20,000 nt of DNA from an uncultured virus (IMG/VR IMGVR_UViG_3300032092_000020). Lineage: Duplodnaviria > Heunggongvirae > Uroviricota > Caudoviricetes. The notes beneath the pieces are model-generated. The model was not told where the DNA came from. It worked only from the letters and a program-made list of their open reading frames with translations, and searched no databases. The stretch lies in the IMG/VR virus record IMGVR_UViG_3300032092_000020. One strand, written 5' to 3'. Of the stretch, positions 16,217 through 20,000 are shown in pieces; the stretch's first letter is position 1, and each line of letters starts with the position of its first letter. The position numbers and the translations under genes are program-made.

Positions 16217-17452
16217 TTACTCGAGAATCTTGGCGGGAGCCTCCGAGGAGACTACCACCTTGATGCTCATCAGGGCGGTGGGATCAAGGGGAACTGTCAC
16301 GTCCTCCACGACCGCGGGGAACGCTTCGCGCCCCGGGAGAACGACGCGCAGGACGTCGTTTGGGTCGATGGACGGGTCTGGGATGACGTCGAACGAGTAG
16401 GAGCGCGTCCGTCCGGCGATCAGGTTCTTTAGACGCGTCTTCGCGGCTAGGTTGGCAGCCTGGAGCGTCCCTAGCACGGGCGAATTGAAAAAGTAGGGAA
16501 CTTCGCCGAAGGGACCTTCCCAGTAGGTCTTCCCGGAGTAGTCTACGTCGAGGGCTACACCCTGGAACGGGTACGCATTTTCTTCCGCCTCACCCCGCGC
16601 CACGACAGCGTTGTAGATCCCGTCGCGCGTCGTTTCGACCGTGAAAGACTCTGGGGCAGGGAGTGTGCGCTCAGTTCCGATGAGTGTGTCCGGAGGGTTC
16701 TCTGACTCGATTGGCTCGAGCCGGAGAAGCCCTTCGCGGGTAACGAACACCCGACAGTCGATAGCACCTGCCAGATCGGAGATGGCTTGGGCGCGATCTT
16801 CCTGGTACACAACTGTGGCGGGAGGATTCTTGTCGAGTGGTGTGACCAGTGAGAGGCAGGAGTAGTCGAAGTCGATTAGTTGGCGGTACTCCGACTCGCA
16901 CAAGCGAATGATCTCATCAACGCACGTGTTCCCCTTGACCGGCTCCGTGACGGTGAGAAACCGAGCGTCCACGAGGTTAGCCGCGCGGTCCTGCCCGTCG
17001 ACCGTAACGGTTGCTCCGACGTACCTCCAGTCGTCGTGTGTGTCAGTTGCCGCATCGTGCGTGGGGGAATGGTCAATGTGGTAGTCGCCGCCGTCACTGC
17101 GTGCCCAAATCTCGTCAGCAGTGTGGTTCTGTACGCGGAACTTGCCAAGGAGCAACTCCTCGCTCGTCCCGTCCCCGAAGTCGACGCCGCGGTAGATGTG
17201 GATCTCGTGTCCGTACACGCCAAGCAGCGCCGTGGGGCTGTCGGGGAGCAGGGTCTTGTCAGTATCAAGGATCTGCAAGCCTTGAAGCGCTGAACGGGAC
17301 AAGTCATTCGGCTTGTAGACCACAGATCCGCCGCTGATCCGGAGTGAGTCAACGACTCGCACACCATCGAACCACACCTCTCCACGGATGGTTGGAGAGT
17401 GCGACTCGCGAACAGCGGCGAGATAGCGCGGGGTCAGGTTAGTGACGGCCAT
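16217..17452 (-). CDS. Minor tail / baseplate hub protein (DUF5047-like)
   Basis: ISGGSV, IHIYRGV, LLGKFRV, YNAVVARGE, GPFGEVPYFFNSP and PDPSIDPND; second gene after the tape measure. Confidence 0.8.
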   Translation of the reverse strand: MAVTNLTPRYLAAVRESHSPTIRGEVWFDGVRVVDSLRISGGSVVYKPNDLSRSALQGLQILDTDKTLLPDSPTALLGVYGHEIHIYRGVDFGDGTSEELLLGKFRVQNHTADEIWARSDGGDYHIDHSPTHDAATDTHDDWRYVGATVTVDGQDRAANLVDARFLTVTEPVKGNTCVDEIIRLCESEYRQLIDFDYSCLSLVTPLDKNPPATVVYQEDRAQAISDLAGAIDCRVFVTREGLLRLEPIESENPPDTLIGTERTLPAPESFTVETTRDGIYNAVVARGEAEENAYPFQGVALDVDYSGKTYWEGPFGEVPYFFNSPVLGTLQAANLAAKTRLKNLIAGRTRSYSFDVIPDPSIDPNDVLRVVLPGREAFPAVVEDVTVPLDPTALMSIKVVVSSEAPAKILE

Positions 17453-17461
17453 TCAGCACCC

Positions 17462-18505
17462 CTAGCAGTCAGCAAGCGAGGGGTCGTAGACCAGGTCGTT
17501 CCACGTCGTTCCGACTGGAATCGTGTCCCAGTTGTAGCACGCGCCAACCTCGGACCACGTGTTGTCCAGCCCGTAGCCCAATTCCTGGGCGGTTGGCATC
17601 GCGATCTCGGTGAACTCCAACGTCCACTTACGCTCGGGACGCTCGATGTCGGTGAAGATCACCGGCTCCTCGGACACGCCACCGATGGCGAGTGCCGCCG
17701 CCGGGGCCTCGCTCCGGGCCTCCGGCGGGACGCGGAAGATGACGGTGCGACCGGTATCAAGGATGGCGCGCATAGTGTCTGCTTGCGCCAGGGTGTGCGT
17801 GATGAGGGCGATGGTTCCGGTGGGTGCTTGGCGGTACCCGCTCAGCACAATCGGGTACTTCTGACCAATGATGTTGTTGACGCTCTGCCGAGCAGCCGTA
17901 GAGAACGGACGATAGATCTGGAGGGTTGCGGCCTGCTGCACGAGCGAGATTGGATCACTCACCAGGCAGGGGTAGCACACCGAGACATCGGTTGGATATG
18001 GGAGGGTCACACGGGCCCGTGCCGAGAACGTGCTCGCTCCAGCCGTAGCGACGGCCACATAGGTGAGTTCTGTACCGAACGCTGCCGTCCTGTCCGGATA
18101 GGCAAACGTGTCCGTCATGGTAGATTTCAGCGAGATGATCTCAGGAATCAATTTCTTCACAACGGCACCCGTTCCTGCTGCACCGGAGGTCACGTTGGGG
18201 CTGGTCACCATGTACGTGATCGTGGTGCTTGTAACCCCAGTGATCTGGAAGATCCCGTTGAACACCGCGGAGTTGACATTCTCCACCTTGATGATATCGC
18301 CCACCGAAAACTTGTTCGGTCCGACGGTCAGCGTCGCTACATTGGAGGTAACTGCGCGCAGGCTCGGGATGTAGGTCGGGTACTTCACAGGCGTTCCGGC
18401 GTGCGCGCGATAGAGCGTCAACTCATGCTCACCGCTTAGCCCAGTGGTGACAAGCGCAGTCGATCCTCCCTCGGAGGATACGGCGGTAAAAGACGTGATC
18501 GACAT
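17462..18505 (-). CDS. Minor tail protein (distal tail protein position)
   Basis: Directly follows the tape measure with a TGATG overlap; the C-terminal Trp repeats (TWSEV..NWDTI..TWNDL) are typical of such proteins. Confidence 0.75.
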   Translation of the reverse strand: MSITSFTAVSSEGGSTALVTTGLSGEHELTLYRAHAGTPVKYPTYIPSLRAVTSNVATLTVGPNKFSVGDIIKVENVNSAVFNGIFQITGVTSTTITYMVTSPNVTSGAAGTGAVVKKLIPEIISLKSTMTDTFAYPDRTAAFGTELTYVAVATAGASTFSARARVTLPYPTDVSVCYPCLVSDPISLVQQAATLQIYRPFSTAARQSVNNIIGQKYPIVLSGYRQAPTGTIALITHTLAQADTMRAILDTGRTVIFRVPPEARSEAPAAALAIGGVSEEPVIFTDIERPERKWTLEFTEIAMPTAQELGYGLDNTWSEVGACYNWDTIPVGTTWNDLVYDPSLADC

Positions 18506-19998
18506 CAGATTGCCGGTCGCGAGTAACGGTCAGTCCGGGCATCCGTAGTCGACTTCCCGTTCACCTTGACATCCACAATATCCTCAATCTGTCGTGTCCC
18601 GACAAAGACTTGTACGTTGACCGACTTGTCGGAGTTCTGCGCGTCTGACAGGATCTTAATCATAGCGCGTTCAGCAGCACTGAACCCGTTCGAATCAAGG
18701 GGGGTGACACGCTCCGACCGACCAGCCTCAGCGATCTGGGCGATGATACCTCCACCAGCAGGAGATACGACACCACCTCTCGCCAGTAGAGGGATGCGGA
18801 ATCCGATGTTAGGGGTCGGAATCGTGACTTCTGGGATGGTGACACTCGCAGACCCAACTCCGATTTTGACTCCTCCAACCTTCAACTCGAACCTGTTCCA
18901 CTGCTCGATCATCTTGTTCAGAGTGGTAGCAAACCCGTTGTAGAGTCCCTTGAAGGCATTCTTTGCGGCGCTGCTGATCCTACCAGGGAGTTCACGGAAG
19001 AAGCGCACAATACTATTGACACCATCAACGACTCCCTGCTTTACGATATCCCACCTATCGCGAATCGCCTGGAATGCGTTACCAACATTCGTCTTGATGT
19101 TCTCAAATCTGGTTCGGAAGAACTCGACAACGGCAGCGACCGTTGCAAGAACTCGATTCTTGACCGCCTCCCACCTATCGCGAATCGCCTGGAATGCGTT
19201 ACCAACATTCGTCTTGATGTTCTCAAATCTGGTTCGGAAGTTTTCGACCAGATTGCCAATCGTCTCAACAACTCGATCTTTGACCGCAATGAACGTGTTC
19301 TTGATCGAGTCCCAGTTCCTCACGACGGCTAGTACGGCCAGACCGATAGGTCCAGTGATGATAGCCAGCAGCAAAGGCCAGTTTGTCTTGACCCACTCAA
19401 TCACGGCGCTGATTGCGCCCTTGATCGTGTCCCAGTTCTTAGTGATTGCGAGGACGGCCAAGCCGATAGGGCCGGTGATGATAGCCAGCAGCAGAGGCCA
19501 GTTCTCCTTGACCCAGTTGAACACTCCCTTGATGATTTCGAGGGCCCCAGAGAAGACCTTCTGGACAAACTCCCAGACCTTCGTGACAACCTTGCGGAAC
19601 GTCTCGTTCTCCTCCCACAACTTCTTGATCAGCGGGGGGAGGAACTCGATGGCGAGGAAGAGGAGTCCGATGGGGCCGAGCGCTGATGTGATGGCCCTGC
19701 CAACACCACGAATCCCGACCGCGAGGAGGCGAAGGCCTCCGCGGGCTCCCCGACCCGCCGCTCCCAGTGCTCGCACGCCACCCGAAGAAATACGCGAAGT
19801 AACGCCAAGTCTACGGATAGGTCCGACAGCGCGCGAGGCAGCAGCCCCTGTAGCAGAGGCACCACTCCTGGCTGCGGCGGTACCCTTAGCAACCCCCGCC
19901 GTAGCGGCCTTAGAGGTAGCAGACGCCGCACCGCGGGCCGCTGCTACTGCGCGAGTCGTTGAGGTACGGATGCCGATCGCCAACCCAGCCATCAGGTC
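18505..19998 (-). CDS. Tape measure protein (C-terminal part; 5' end outside window)
   Basis: Ala/Gly-rich helical sequence with periodic Trp/Phe repeats, LWEENETFR and IPLLARGG...AEAGRSE. The frame is open to the window edge. Confidence 0.92.
   Translation of the reverse strand, partial: DLMAGLAIGIRTSTTRAVAAARGAASATSKAATAGVAKGTAAARSGASATGAAASRAVGPIRRLGVTSRISSGGVRALGAAGRGARGGLRLLAVGIRGVGRAITSALGPIGLLFLAIEFLPPLIKKLWEENETFRKVVTKVWEFVQKVFSGALEIIKGVFNWVKENWPLLLAIITGPIGLAVLAITKNWDTIKGAISAVIEWVKTNWPLLLAIITGPIGLAVLAVVRNWDSIKNTFIAVKDRVVETIGNLVENFRTRFENIKTNVGNAFQAIRDRWEAVKNRVLATVAAVVEFFRTRFENIKTNVGNAFQAIRDRWDIVKQGVVDGVNSIVRFFRELPGRISSAAKNAFKGLYNGFATTLNKMIEQWNRFELKVGGVKIGVGSASVTIPEVTIPTPNIGFRIPLLARGGVVSPAGGGIIAQIAEAGRSERVTPLDSNGFSAAERAMIKILSDAQNSDKSVNVQVFVGTRQIEDIVDVKVNGKSTTDARTDRYSRPAI
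19049..19240. repeat. Perfect 72-nt direct repeat at 120-nt period in tape measure
   Basis: 19049-19120 is identical to 19169-19240. Confidence 0.95.
19310..19520. repeat. Diverged 120-nt-period repeat in tape measure
   Basis: WVKxNWPLLLAIITGPIGLAVLA occurs twice, with synonymous differences between copies. Confidence 0.9.
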
Positions 19999-20000
19999 GC

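Noticed and set aside
17399..18439. 346-aa + strand ORF
   Set aside because: Antisense to a minor tail gene, with Arg-rich shadow composition.
19049..19240. Direct repeats as CRISPR, att sites or DGR template/variable repeats
   Set aside because: In-frame coding repeats of the tape measure; there are no spacers, adenine-specific variation, reverse transcriptase or integrase.

Overview
This is a high-GC, gene-dense segment of a tailed dsDNA phage, most likely a siphovirus of Actinobacteria, judging from whiB, thyX, a family A polymerase, SigA-type promoters and leaderless genes. It has two convergent arms. The + arm (1-10406) encodes a Sak4/AAA_24-like ATPase, a DUF669-like SSB, a possible GT-B-fold protein, small ORFs and a CX5R phosphatase. 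It also encodes a RepB-type AEP primase coupled to a Prim-Pol/SF3 helicase, a metallophosphoesterase and ThyX. The - arm (20000-10529) encodes the C-terminal part of the tape measure protein, minor tail proteins, a Zn-motif protein, DNA polymerase A, a RuvC-like resolvase, WhiB and an HExxH protein. Four observations stand out. (1) The Prim-Pol domain on the helicase has lost two catalytic Asp residues, while a separate intact primase sits directly upstream. (2) A fully structured ~120-nt element with strand-specific G-U pairs lies where the arms converge. (3) There is a candidate DNA glycosyltransferase-like gene. (4) Several SigA-type promoters are embedded in gene ends, and some appear to drive leaderless mRNAs. 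I saw no tRNA, CRISPR array, integrase, intron/intein or lysis gene. All family assignments come from motif recognition by eye, not from database searches.
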